Of a DNA stretch of 64,000 nucleotides, positions 28,011-42,410 are shown one piece after another; within the stretch, counting starts at the first letter, position 1, and every line of letters begins with the position of its first letter. Source of the DNA: Bigelowiella natans CCMP2755 (lineage: Eukaryota; Protista; Cercozoa). The stretch covers positions 1 to 64,000 of the forward strand of contig ADNK01002524.1 of the NCBI GenBank assembly GCA_000320545.1, written 5' to 3'. The notes beneath the pieces were generated by a model. The model did not search any database, was not told the origin of the DNA, and saw nothing but the letters and a program-made list of their open reading frames with translations. A program made the translations under genes and the position numbers.

Positions 28011-29299
28011 TAAAACTCACACCTAAATAGCAATCAAATGGTGGCCATCACTTCAACCTCACTTTTTAGACAAGATGTGACATCCACGATGTTCTTGTTC
28101 GTTTGAATTGCATTACAAAAGATCTGCACTGGTCAAATGCAGGGTCAGCAGAACTCATCGAGAGTAACTTTGCGCCGCGCATCATCAAACGCCAACACAT
28201 TAACAGCTAAAAACGCTTGGTGGATTTGGTCCTAATCTAGCAATGTGTACATCAGCAGCATGCAGGTGATTGGGCGTTCACCATGTGGCAGCGAGTGCGC
28301 ATCTTCACGTGCTAGCGCAGATGGCATGCAGCATGGCTTTGCCTACGCTAGTACGTACTAGCTAGCGTAGTGCTGCGATTCAATGTTAGGACACGCCATG
28401 CTTGCTAGCCTAATTGCACTAGCCGCTGCACACGCTGTAGCACGGCAGCACGCATGCGCAGCTCGGGAATGACAGCATGCAATCACGCGTGCATGCTGCA
28501 GGTCTCTAGGCCTTCTTGAGCCATTGCAGTACGCCATCGTAGTCGCGCATCTCGATCTCTAGCTTTGCGGACAATGCAGATCAACCCATTGTCAAAGCAA
28601 CTGTGCATGCCAATGGCTGCTCATTTCCCTTCGCTTACAATGCACTAGCGAAAAAACAGATCAAGCACTAATTGGTCCATGGTGATGATGCACGCAACAA
28701 AGTGTTTGCTAGTTTGGTCACAATGATCGACAGCACATGCATGCATGCGGCGATGCAGCAAGTTGCACGCAAGCGCGTGAAGACAAAAGCTGAGCAGCGC
28801 AGCAAATGCATCATCGAACGTGACGACAAATGTTAGCGCTGGCAACAAATGACAAAGACACGTGCACACCGAATGCAACAGTTGCCGCAACACACAACTG
28901 TGTGTGTTCCATTTGAATGAATGGTTTGTTGCTGCAACGAATGGTTTTCACTGCATTGCTTGTGCCACTCGTTCGCGAACGGTTTCGAACATGCATTCAT
29001 TTGGTGTTTTTCATCGAACACGTTTGCTAACAGCAAACACCACCGCTTGTAGATCATGCCCCACATGCATTTTCCCTGCTGTCCGCAGTGGTAAAAACTG
29101 CCAAAATGCGCAACATGAAAATTTACACACTGACGACCTACTGCTGAACTAAACATTGCTAGAGCGACATGATGAAAATCCTAGGCACATCACATGTCTT
29201 TTGTGAAAACAATCTTTGTTGAAAATGACACAGCAAAAAGCAAAAATCCACAGCAGAGCATCGCGCCATTGCCTGCATCGCGCCATGGCCTGTGTCGCA

Positions 29300-30300
29300 C
29301 AAAATTTCGCCGCTATTAGCCGGTCGTGAATTTGCTTTTCCTTTTCTGTGCGTCCTCAATTATTTCTGTCATGTTGATGCCAACAACCCAGAACTCTGCT
29401 AGCTTGAGAGCCTCTTCTTCAAAGTCCATTGCAAACGAAATGCTGAAGGATTCTGCTATCGACTGGGGGACAAGGAAAAACACCGGAGCTTTCTCCGTTT
29501 TTGATGTACCGAATGAAATCAGCGCCGTCCGAGAAAGTTTTCAAAGTGAATGAGCAGGGAACTCCTGAATCTTTTCTTTCCAATCACACAAACCATTCTC
29601 ATTCTTTTTTTCAGCGTCAGCCAGCTGCTTAGGGAGACGTCTGGCTGAAAGCTTGCAATCCTTGCAAATTTTAGCAAAGAACTATTTCTCGCCATCTAAT
29701 CTGATGAAATTTTTGAAATACTTCTCTGCATGCACTTGGAAGATCTTGCTTTCAATTAATCCATTCGCTTTGTGGAACTATGACGCATTTCTCACTGCAA
29801 AGAAGTGTTTCATAAGTAGTGGAAGATTGGACCGAAAATGTTCTGCTTGAAACTTTCGAATCCCCGGAGTGCATGTGTTCCTTAGTCGTTGTTCCTGCTC
29901 AAGCACCATCCTTGCAACCTTTGAAAAGTTCGTATCTGTCCTCTCTGATGAAATCCCGCAGCTGTCCGCCAGTTCTCTGAAATCTCTCTAAAAATGCACT
30001 CTCTTTCTCTTTTAGCTCGGTCGCTATTTTTGGAAAAACACGTGTGACGATCTTTGAAGCAAGCAGTGTCTCATGCGAATGATTCATCGCCATGACATTC
30101 GGATCCAACGGCCAAAAATGCAGCATTCGTGGTTGCGAATCTCGATCTCTGCGGAGCGCGTCGACCCGTTGCCAAAGCAACTGCACACGTGCTAATGGCT
30201 TTCTCATTTCCCTTTGCTCGTTCAATCAGAGGCGAGAGCAATTTCATGCATGCCATGGCGCACTTCACTTTTTTGCATGCGCGCCACATTTTTTAAAGAG
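29300..30300 (-). pseudogene. Decayed, partly hypermutated paralog of the CRN-like gene
   Basis: WPLDPNVMAMN and ERFQRTGGQLR resemble WPIERNVMATN and ERYEKVGGAPR; VFFLVPQS resembles VYLVPNK. Its 3' flank (29110-29270) matches 16300-16475. Confidence 0.55.
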
Positions 30301-30799
30301 ATCAGGTAGAAGCACAACGAGGGCTAGTGCAATGATGATTTAAGCGATGCATGGATTGTGCATTTCAAATTTTCAATGAAACTGACATGTTGATACAGCT
30401 TTCTTTTCATGGAATGTACAAAAGCGTAACAACTAGAACTTCATACATCGACATACATCGATGTTGTGTTTGTGATTTTCATGCAATGCTTAATTGTTCT
30501 TTGGTGTTGTTCATTCTTAATTTTTCATTGCCCCTCGTCTAGGAAGTATGGTCTCGGAAAGTTGCGAAAGCTGTTTTTCACTCGCCACCATTTCATGAGC
30601 TGCAGTTTGAATGATCTTCATTAGTTTGGGGGAACGCAAAAACTTGTAGTCACTATGGCGACACCTAATCAAGCATGCGTTCCATAATGAAATTGGAAAT
30701 GCAAATAAATTAAAGTAGATGAAAAAGTATTACGTGACGCAATTCTTAATATCCACAACACATCGAAATCCAAATAAATGATACCTCAAAGTTTGATTA

Positions 30800-33700
30800 A
30801 TAGTCTGGAAGAGATCATCACATCTCTTAATGTTGAGCATGCATGTAGTGACATTTTTTACCTGTAGATGGCAAATTAAGGACGATAGGCACACACAATC
30901 TATATTTTGCTAAATCACCGATGTGTTTTTCCCCTTCTCTACAAAAGCCACATGTTGATATCCGATCGTCTTAGCGTTAGTGATAAAATCAATACAAGTT
31001 CAAATATTTTGAGTTTTTTTGTTAGCTACCAATTGGGGATTTGCATTTTCTAGTGCAAATATATCTCTTGTCATCACTCCTGATAAAGGCAGCTTGTCAA
31101 GGATCCCACTTAGGATTCAAAAGTAGTAATACCAAAATATGGAATGACCGCAACTCCTTTGGCTACTGCATCTTTCAGTGACTGACGGTATTTTCGAAAA
31201 TTTTGAACAGGTGATATGAATTCCTATACAAAATACACATGAAAAACATACAATTTAATCTAGATTTTGCGTCGATATTCTCACTATAAAGTATGTTATC
31301 TTCTCACAATGTACCTTCATCTGTTGTAGATTTGAAATGGTACTCTGAGACATCGCATTGAACAAAAATTCTACGCCAAAATAGGATACATGTTTGTTTA
31401 AGTTTGTATGATTTAATGATATTTCAGTATTCTATACAAAAAATATAGCTTCTACCAAGCCTTGAAACAGGATGTCTTGTGATTCCATATACGATCTCAA
31501 AGGTTGAACCTACGAACAATCAAACGAAAGTCTATTTTACTAAGAATCCTAAGAAAAGAAGTATGTGATAATCATTCACAACCATAATTGCGCATTAAGA
31601 AACATTGATACGCTATTCCTATTTATATAATTTAAGGATTAGATTACAAACGTGAATTGAAAAGAATTGACAACCAATCCATAATCTGAGCATCAACATC
31701 ATCTTAGGCGTTCCTGTTTGAGATAAAATTTCCGTACTAACCTTAAATATAATGAAAACAAAAGAAGGATTCTAAACCTAAGTGTAACTTATACGATTAC
31801 GTTATCAGTACCCAATCTGATATTTGTGATGAAATCGCAGTTTGGGCTCCGTTTGATTCAGTTGTTCCTAGTATAATTTGGTAGATCAGATCAGTTATAA
31901 GGTGTCTATCGAATATGATTCTACTGGTATATCTACCTGAAATAAATTCTCTTGCTTTTGCATTAGATAAACGATGGATGGATAAAAGTGTTAATTGCTC
32001 CGCTATTTTCCTGTGAGTAAAATTTCATATGACTATGTATAGGTTTTAGGAAAAGTAATTTTTACTTCGGGTACCTCTCGCTAATATCGAGAGTAGAGTG
32101 AAAGCAATGTGCAATAGAAATATATCTACTCAGAATGGGTGGGTTAAAAAGAAAATTTATTTGAGGCAGAATAAATTTATTGTTACAATCAACAAAGCAC
32201 ATAAAATATTGAATGAATGTAGCAAGATAAAATAGAAACTCTGACTTAGCTCTGTTTTTCTTGTTCCATTTGCATTTCTTGAACAGCTTTTGGTATGAAG
32301 ATGAATCTTGTCTAAAATCATAATCAAATTATATAACATATTAAGAATTTTTGAATATGATCATGAGAGATGATAACGGTACCGAGAAAAAAAGTAACTA
32401 AAAAATTAGAGACAAATTCTTGTAGTTGTGTAACGATTTAGATTAGTATGCAACAACATCTTTGTATCTGCAAGTAATTTAGCCTTATCAATTGACGACA
32501 GCACAACCTAATTTTTACAATTATTATTGGATATGGTTGGATATAATGATAGAGTCTGTTGATCCACAAGGAAAACCCAGATTTTCAAAAAAAAAGTCTA
32601 CTTAATGATGATGTCGTCCAGATTCATGTTTGACATATGTTTTAGGTTTATACCCGGGCGACCATTTCGAGTGACTTTCGAATCTCTGTAACACACACGT
32701 AGCAGACAAAAAGCAACAAAAATATTTTGGTTTTTTAATCGTGCACTCTAACCAGAACCTTATTTACAAAAAATATTTCAACATTATAGATATTTCATAT
32801 AATTCAAAACTTAAAATTACTTCATAATTAGTATTTTTAAATATTATGTGTAACTTGAAAATACTAAGTAAAGAAAACCTTTCGATATGACCCAGGATTC
32901 AGGTGGAAATTTCTTCAGAGTATTCTGAAGAGCCTTACAAATATTTTTCTCTTGTATTCCCAAATAAATGAAGTCGTCTGGATACGATTTTGCCCATTTT
33001 TTGAATACTTTATTGTATGTTTTTGTGTTAATTGTTATATAACCCATCGATATCATATAACGTTTTTATGTCACCATTCAAAATCTTAATCTTATGCTTC
33101 AGAAATTCAGCTCTTGATGTAATATCCGGAGGATTTCTGTTGGAAGCAACCTTTCTTTCTAAACTGAATCGGAATTTGGATATACTTTTTGGAAGATTTG
33201 AAATACAAATGTCAATGAGGTTCTTAAAATCGCGGATTTTAATAAATCTAACTTCTTTTATTCGTAAGTATGAAGCAAAAATTAGAAGCATCTACTTCTT
33301 GAAAGATTTTGATACCCTTGGATATATTTGAATATTATTTCTTCGTGAGTTTTGGAATCGATTGGCACTATAAATTTATGGGGATAGAGATACTTGTTAA
33401 TATTATTTAACAAAAGAAATGTAAACGTAGCAATATGAACACCTTCATCTCCAATATCAAACCCGGAGACTCCGAGGAGGGAGCTTGGGCTTTTATGATG
33501 TTAAGAGAATATTAATATAAACGTATTTTTATTGAATAATGATGGTCTATGATTTTTTTTTTCAAGGTTTAAAATATTCCAATTTTGAAACTGATTTCAG
33601 TGCATGTGAAAAGCAAATTGTAAAAAAGATTTCATGACCTAAATGTTCTTGGCGGAGTATATGAAGACTCGAAAGAGGAAGTTGTACCTAATTTATAGGA

Positions 33701-35100
33701 TTCTTTGTTCTTAAAAACATTAAAATACTATTGGTAAATGACATATCCGTGTGTGGTATTTGAATTTTAATATTTGCACGGACATCTTTTAGATTTCACT
33801 AAAAACAATTTCTCTTCCTAAGGCAGACATTTTGATAACGTAACTACCAAATATATGATTTTTCCCACATGTGGAGGGATGTTTCTCTTCCTAAGCCCAT
33901 TCAGATTCAAATTTAAATAGCGAACGTGATGTTGAACTTTGTATAAAATTGAAACCATATTATAATGAAACGACTGGGTTTTTCTACTATGTTACAAAGT
34001 ACTAAGTACACACTCGACTCAGCATTCGTTTCTTCAGATGTGGAGTCGTTGGCGGAAAACCATTAGCAGCAAATTCAGGACCTTTGGACCCTTCTTGACT
34101 GCTGTCTTCATCTTCGAGATTTTTATCTCCAATTGCAACGTTCTTTTGGGTATCAGTATTTGAGTTTGAAATCACAATTTTTTTTGTATTTAACAATGTT
34201 GATGCATCTTCTGGATTTGGATAACTTTCATGATCGAATAATGAAGCTGGTGGCCTGGTCAAAAGCTGGATCAACAGTTCTAAGACATAATGAGGACTTC
34301 CAACATACACCTACCACAGATGATAGATAATTAGAATAGATGGAATGCAGTTAATATCGTACCATTGTCAACAGTAACGTATTAGTGAGCCTGACCACAG
34401 CATAATTTGTTATATTAACTAATCGAGATAAAATTCTGAGTTTATGTCTGGCTAAAATGCTAAAATCGCACAACAGCTAATCAGCTAATGGAATATCAGT
34501 GTCTTTTACCTGTGCCATCGGTCTCCCGATATATCCTAAATCACATTCTTGAAGTATTAGCAAACTTAAAAAAATATAAACATTCTTACCGGATGAGATA
34601 TTTTAGACACAAGTGATTTTATAGATTGATATGCACCCTAAAGTAATGGTTAACTTTTCATATTTCAACCCTAATGGTGTAGCTAAAAGAGAATAACTAG
34701 CCTTTCTCAGCTGGTCCAACAGACCTTCAGTAATCCTGGTCCTTTTCATAGGCTTTGTTACAGCTTTGAACTGTCTTTCAAATCTAGTAGCCTAATGATG
34801 ATTCAAATGTAATGGATTTTACATTTTACTTGGGCATGAGGCATGAGTGACTAGGCAATGTGCTAAACCATTTCACAGCTGGTGGTGATGTTAACCCCCT
34901 TTTCGAGACTGTTTTTCTTGCAGTGCTAATTTAGAAGCACCAACATTAAAATTGGTTCTGAATATTAGTAATTGTAATACATTCAATTTTTGAATTTGTC
35001 GGAGCTGTTCTTCATTGAGAGGATGTTTCAGAGTTGAGGCTGCCTTCTTGCGATACTTCAAAGTATGCACGAGCCTCTGCTTTGATCTCTGCGGAAGAAA
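30800..35100 (-). CDS. Hypothetical multi-exon protein with short AT-rich introns (boundaries approximate)
   Basis: Successive minus-strand ORF pieces (34002-34310, 33028-33291, 32844-33056) separated by short GT..AG introns. No family recognised. Confidence 0.4.
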
Positions 35101-36971
35101 TGTGTAGCATATGTGCTCATGGGTGACGAAGTGACGATGATCATGATTACTTACCGAGCTAGCATAAAAAGCGCGTAATGATTCCAGATTGATTGATCTT
35201 GAAAGTTGTGCACTGTGTAGACGGAAGAGCATGCAATGAACACTCAACAACAGAAAAAATGAAGAGCATGGCAACATGATGTTGCAAATGCAAGAATTTT
35301 CAATGAACGATTGCAAATCTCTGGATACTCCCCACTCCCCACAAAAACACGATAAAAACAAATGGTCATGGACTCTACCTGTCCGATCGACCATCCCGCG
35401 CATGACCCTGTTTGAATTCCCTCTGTTCACCATCAATGCGCTCGCTTCGTTGGATCATCTCTGTTCGGTTGCTTGTCTTTTTTGCGACTCGAGTCTCCGG
35501 AAATCTCCAGATGATTTTTCCAGCTTAGTGCTGCTGCCGGTGATCCTTTCGGCTGCGGGATTGGAATGCTTTTCTCATTTCTCGTTTCTCGTTTTCATTT
35601 GCTCATTCATTCATGGAAACTGAATTGCTGTCTCTTTCACACTTTGTTTCGCTTTGGAGGTGATCTTCCAGGCATGCAGCAGGATGGATGGAGTTGCTTT
35701 TTCTTTGCGTCAACTGCCGCACTCTGTCCGACGACCCTTTTTCCTTTTTTGGAACCCGAAACAGAGCCAAGCTGGCACAACGTTGGGTGGCTGAACGCAC
35801 GGAGCATGAACATTGCGTGTGAGAGCAGGAGACCTCACTGTCCTGTTCGCAGCCGTTCCAGCGTTCCTCGCGGTCACCTCCAGGACTGGAGGATTGAGGG
35901 ATCGAACTCTTTGCCTCTCTGGCTCTGCTTGCACGCAGAGGGCACACACACGCAGACGCTTGAGAACAACTGCAATCGTGCTCTGTCTGCTTGGTTTTCA
36001 TGTGATTCGACACGTTTGCGAAGGGCGCGTCCACTTGTTGCAGCAGCCCAGGCCAGCAGGCATGGCGATGCGCACGCACAAGCAAGCATCTAGCATGGCG
36101 TTGTTTCCAGAGCGGACAAAACAATTGAGTTTGAACTTTTGGAAAACTCGAGCTGGCCAGCTAGCGAGCATGCTGACTCACACTTGTGCACCACCACAAG
36201 ACGAGCATGCCAACAAGTGAGTGCGCGTGCACGCTGCCATCTAGCCATCGGAAGCATCTCCTTCTTCACCTCCCGCATCAAGAAACCAATTTCACATTCC
36301 AGCATTCATGACAGTTGAGCACAATTCTGGATTTGCACAAATTGGTGAAGTGGTGTTGCCAGCGTCGAGCAATGCCACTACATCAACCGCAGCCACAACT
36401 AGACAAGGCTAGGCAGCTTGAGAATTTTCATGGCGAACAAATTTGCACGATTTTCCTCCAACCTCTTTTCTGTTGCTAGATTGTTGTGAAACGCATGTGC
36501 CATTGCGAGTGCCTTGCACACATCTAGGCATGCTCATCAGAGCGAAGTGAAATTACAAACGTGCAAGGAATCATGAGACACAACTTCAGACTTGCTACGA
36601 AGCTAATTCAAAAAGATGCAAATTCACGCAAGCCAAATGACAGGAGGCAGTTCATTTTCACAACAACTGTGAATGGACTGGAGACTCATCATGTGTTTTT
36701 CTTTTCTTCATTCCCAGCTTTGAGCAACTGAAAAGCAATTTTTAACACTTCTTTGCCCATTGGTTTAAGACTTCCCGGATCTCTGGAAAAATCTGCTGAT
36801 TTTTTGTAAAACTTCAGTGCTGCAGGATTTTCAGAACTTTTTAAAAGCCAAGAATCGATGTATGGATCCAATTCAATGCACCTGTAGAACAACATGATGT
36901 TGGAAGTGACATCTTTGGTTGCAAATTAGAGTTCTAGATTCTAGATGGACACAACATGGTGGACAAGGGTG

Positions 36972-38771
36972 TTACCCAAAACCAATGTCGCTCATTTTCA
37001 AGCCAGTTTTTTTCTTTTTTGCATGCTTCACTTGGACAAATAGCCATGTTGAGGCCTCGTTCTTGTTTTTTTCACCAACAATTATGTACATGGGTGAGTG
37101 GATGGCTCCAGAAGTAGAACGACATGATTTTCCCAAGATCATTCCATCAGCATTTGCAACTGAAGCTACAATGTGCGTGTCATCATTTTGCATATGCTTG
37201 GAATCGATGTGGACAAGTGCCAATTTGAGAATCTTCAGACCTTCGACATCAGGTTTTTCGGAGGAGACTGCCCACCACGACAACGAAGAGATGGCTAGGA
37301 GTGACTCTTTTGCGTCTGTGAGCTGTTCTTTCGTCTCTTCAAGAATTTTCATAACTTCCTCTCTTTTGGTAATCAAACTCTTTTTTACTGTCGAAAACTC
37401 TTTCTCCTTGTCGTTGAATTCTTTTTCGAGCATGCTTAGCTTTTCCTTCAGAGAATCTTCCGTATCTTTGAGATCCTTTAGGTCCTCTTTCTTTTTCTGC
37501 AAAGCACTCTCTGTTTGCATCAGTCGCTGCTTGACCATTAGGAGACTATTTTGCTCAGTTTGCACCTGCTTTTCGAGATAATCATTCACAGATTTCATCT
37601 CTTCAAGTTCCTTTTCTTTCTCCTCTAGAATCATGGGATCTATCATAGTTGTAAGTCGTTCTTGAAGTTTTTGTAAATCTGCAATGGCTGCTTCCTTTTC
37701 CCATGTCATGGCCTTGAGTTTTTCATCGAGATCCTGTGCAGTGGTATCGGTCTTTCTTCCTCCATTTTTGGAAGGAGTTGGTGGCTTCATTTTGGTCTGG
37801 CTCTGTCTTCTATTTGTAGGTGTATCTCTTGGCTTTCCCGTGTAACTGTGGACATTTTGTATCGCAATGTGAGATGCAAGATAGCTCAAAAGAACGGAGA
37901 AAGCATTTAATTCTAAAATGTTGCTCAATTTGCTTGCATTTACTCAGTTTGGATTACCTTGATCCAGAAAAATGTGACAACAGTCGAGATGGCGTCTTTT
38001 TGAAAAGTTTTACATTTGGTTTTGGACTGCTTTGGAAATCTGAAGATTTTGATTTAGAATCGCGACGCCCTCCAGGAGCGTTAAGGCGAGTTGGCGTGTT
38101 GAGCACCTGATTAATTGAGTATATGCTTATTAACTATCTTGTTCGTAATTTCTAATTACTAATTTCTAATTACTAATTACCTTCTTCTTCATCATTTTAG
38201 CTCTTCTTCCTTCTGCGTTGTATGGCTCCCCATTGTATCGAGCATCAAAAAAACTCTTGAACCATTGAAGAAACTCAAAATTATCCTGGTATTTCCCTTT
38301 TATCAACTTGTCCATAGGAACGGGTTTTTTTACTTGATTTTTTGTAAAGACGTCCTGCATCACCTAAAGTTGGGAAGAATGTCAACAACATTGACACCCA
38401 CTTTCAATCATATTTTCATCACCTTAAAATTCTTCAAATACTCGTAATCAAACCTGTGAATAACAAAAGACAGTGTCACACTACTTTGGTTCCAACCTTA
38501 TACAACCTGCACTATGTGACGTCATACTTTGCATGAAAATCGACTTTGGAGATTTTCACTTGACCCGGAAATATTGCATCTACTAGCTGAACAATGTTAA
38601 TTAGTCTTTGGTGAAGTCACAAATCAAAGTGAATTATTTTTAACTGTTAACCTGGCAATATGCCCACCCTGTATGCAATTCTTCAACTTTTTTCAATTCT
38701 AACTCCAGAAACTCGTTAACCCATCCCAAAAGCTGCCGTTTTCCCACGAAATAGGCTTCCGAATTCTGCAT
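36972..38771 (-). CDS. EB1/MAPRE-like microtubule end-binding protein (CH domain plus long coiled coil)
   Basis: MQNSEAYFVGKRQLLGWVN..ELHTGWAYCQ, LVDAIFPG..KVDFHAK, EYLKNFK, VMQDVF..PMDKLIKGKYQDNFEFLQWFK, then a coiled-coil exon. The 3' end is uncertain. Confidence 0.85.
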
Positions 38772-39272
38772 GTATCATGGTCATCATGATGCAATTTCAA
38801 GATTTTTCTCTGTAGTTGAAATTTTGAACCACGATTACCGATCCAGGCACCTCGGACATTGTGTTTTTAGCTTGGAGATTTCCACAGCCAAGGTAAGAGG
38901 AGCCAATAGATATTTGGAAGAGAAGGTCTCGATAGCTGACTTCAACAATTTGTGCTTACATTGTACGTACGTCATTAACACGACGCGACGAGGATGAGTT
39001 AAGCGCAAAGTTCATTGGATTTTCCCTTATATTCGTACCTGGAACAAAAGTTATCGGCGTGTAGCAATGTGCGTCAGAAAATATTCCCTTCAAAATATCT
39101 CCTAATCGCACTCCGGTCATGCATGGAAACTAGAAAAACGGTTAAATATGTCAACAGAAACACTGAGGGAAACGTTCTAGGGATTTTTGAGTGCGACAGG
39201 CATCTGATTGATCTCAAATTTACTACTAGATCTATTGAAAATTGTGATGAACGAGTTTGAAGTAAGAACACA

Positions 39273-40636
39273 TGATGCTACACGCAACGTTTTTCAAAGT
39301 GCAATGCTACACTTCAAAGGCAATCATGGATCCCACCGAAAAAGACAGAGAGTTCCAATTACTGTGCCCTTCACGATTTCAGTCTTGGACATACCCAAAA
39401 TTGGGTGTAAACCTCTTGGACCATGTACGAGCAATTTGAACTATCATTTTAATTGCTAGGATTTAAATTTAGTGCGTAAAGGAAGGACTTCAAAATTACA
39501 CAGGATATCAATCCGTTACTACTGAACGGCATGTATGAACATCTTCTTTATCTATAAACTCTGAACTCATTAAGATTTACTCTTTTCGAAATCTGCATTA
39601 GGACCAATCTCCAAAATCGAAACCAAATGGAGTAAGAAAGCGAACCTATTTGGAGGCCCAAAATGATCCGAAGATGCGCCGTCTTTTCCAGAAACTAAGA
39701 CCAAAAACGTATCAGCAAAGATATTCAACGAAGAACATATTTTGATGTTTTGATCTTTCGTCAATATTCTCCAGAGATTCTAACATGAAGAGTAAATACA
39801 GATGGCTTTCGAATCATGTAATTAAAGTTCGTTAACTAATTTGCTCCTTTTATTTGGTTACTGAAACATCAATCGTTTCAGATCATTGACTTCTACAATA
39901 CTACCTTCCTTCTTTATGGTTGCGTAGAAGGGTTCGACACTATTTGTTTTTTAGTCACAGACATGTTCACTGCAAATGCATAAAGAAACCAACTGGATTT
40001 TAAACTTATTTCTATTTCAGCAACATTTGCTCAAAAAATACATGTCCAATTATGTGCGCTGGTAGTTATGTGTATCTTTGGGCGGATGGAGAAAAGGTAT
40101 CAAATAGTTAATTTATTTTTGTCATCCAGTTTTTAATATTTCTTGCCAGATTATAGACCCAGAAAGATTATCCGCTCCAGATTATGCCAAGAAATTATTT
40201 GCATGGATTGAATCAAAGGTCAACGACGAAACTATTTTTCCAATTGAGGTATTTACGTTTGCCACTGAACTCTGTTTTCTGTGATGGATATGTACACATA
40301 ATTTTTGTACATGTGTACATGCGCATGTATGCATGTACATAGAAGATCAAATCAGTGAATCTACCGTTATAAACATGGAATGGATAAAATTTTGAGGACA
40401 TGCTATTTTCAAATTGTTAGATTGGTGCTGTGTTCCCCAAAGATTTTCTCCACATCGCAAAAACTATTTTGAAGAAGTTACTCAGAATATATGGACATCT
40501 TCTTCGTAGCCATTTCGAAGCAGTATGCACGATAAATCTTGATAAATGTCTTGTGAGTTCTTTTGGAAGATTAGTTTTTTTCGTTCTTCAACACAAGGTC
40601 CATATTTGAGAAATTAATACATTCGTGTCATGTGAG

Positions 40637-40671
<35 letters not shown>

Positions 40672-41249
40672 ATCAATTGTCTTCTCTTCTCTTACATTTG
40701 CTTTCAATTACAATATTTTATTTGAAAAATGAGAGTAGTTTCTGCACATAGTTGGTAAAAACGAAGGATCTTCTCCCTTTGAGAGATCTGTTAGAGAGCT
40801 GGATGAGGAGAACGACACCTTCCATAAAAAGGTTGGGGAACATCAAAATGTTCGGGAGTAAATACAATTTGTTAGGCGAAACAAAATTAAATGGCCAAAA
40901 TTCTACTTTTTCGGAGACTAAAGATTGCAACAAACAGAAAAAGTTGACGCAAATCAAACCATCCACACCATCAAAAGGAATAGATAGCATGACTACTCCT
41001 ATCCTAAGTGAAATTGCAACAAGACTTTCAACCTCTGCCCGTGGAACTTCTTCGATCACATGTCGTGACAGTGATGATATCCAAATAAGACGTGCTGCAA
41101 CCCCAATTGATGAGAACAAGAAAAGAGACACCAAGCAAGTAAACACGTCTTTAGGTAAGAGAGCTACTGTGTTCATTCGTCGTCGCGGGCGTGCAACTTC
41201 TGATTCCTCTGGTCATTCAGTTGCAACGGCAGACATCAACCACATTTGA
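39273..41249 (+). CDS. MOB1/phocein-family kinase activator with C-terminal extension
   Basis: Exons give IIDFYN..LLYG, CSKNTCPIMCAGSYVYLWADG, LSAPDYAKKLFAWIE, FPKDFLHIAKTILKKLLRIYGHL..SHF and LVKTKDLLPLRDLL. The start is approximate. Confidence 0.82.
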
Positions 41250-41777
41250 TTTGACAACACGAATGTGGCCTCATTCATAGCTCTATTCCGAATTGACATG
41301 TGTAGACGACATGAATGTCGCAATTGCATGCTCAAATGTCTTGTGCACTGAATAGCGTGCGCGGCAAGCTAGAGGGAGTTCGATTCGCTGCGTGGCGCGC
41401 TAGTGTGCTAGTGTGTGCTAGTCTGGCGTTGCAGACTGTCCCAAGCTCAGATTCAGAATGCCATGGATCACTAGCTACACATGCTAGTATGGCCACACTC
41501 CAGACACTCGCGTGCGTAGTATCGTCGGACGACCATAAATTGTTCGTGCATGATGTGAACTAGTGTGCACTACTGACTACTGTGCACCACTAGATCTGGA
41601 GACCATCGCAATAGTTTGCCTCACATGGTCAAGTTTCAATGCGATGAGGACACTACAAGGTTCTATAGACACCGGTATAAAAACTTCATGTACAGAACTA
41701 CTAAGATGTTAGATACTGAATTGGTTTAATTGAACACACTTGATCCTGTCTTGGTAATGATAGCTGTTCACAATACA

Positions 41778-42410
41778 CTACATGGTTGGATTTCGTAGTA
41801 CAGCAGCTTCTGTAGCAACTTGCTGGATTCTTAATGATACTTTCCTTTGCCATGCTTCTGGAAAATAATCAAATGTCTTTGAATTGGTTTGAGATCTATT
41901 CGCAGTAGTTGGTTTAATATGTTTTTGAAGTCAATTTTACCTGCGAGTTTGGTAGCTTCTTTAAGCTCTTTTCCTGCCTTACGATTTTCCTCCTCTAATT
42001 CTTTTATTTGATTAAGTTGTTTCTCCTCCGAATCGAATTGTGTTGGAAGGGATCCCAATAGAAGATCCGCTAAGATTAGTGGAAGAGAAATAAGAAGAAA
42101 GGATTAAGAATGGTTGTCAGGGTGGAGTTTCGATACAAAGTCGCACCTTCTTTCATTAATCGGAATATCCTCTCTGCACGATCCTTAACAAAATCTTTCT
42201 GCTCTTTCGGTATCTGGTATGGATTATCTTGAGACGGCTGATGTCCCTTGCTTTCATGGAGGTCATGAATCGTAGTTTCAAATGTCCTGGCTGCCTCTCT
42301 GAATTTGTTATGGTATCTGAGTTTTATCTATAGAAACTACTTATGAAGTGGTGTTATGACCGGAAGTAAGCTTGGATTTGAGTTATTGCATCAAATGTCT
42401 CCGTCTCCAT
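41778..42410 (-). CDS. MED21: Mediator subunit 21 (Srb7)
   Basis: Small 4-exon gene: METETFDAITQIQ ... ADLLLGSLPTQFDSEEKQLNQIKELEEENRKAGKELKEA ... *. Confidence 0.72.
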
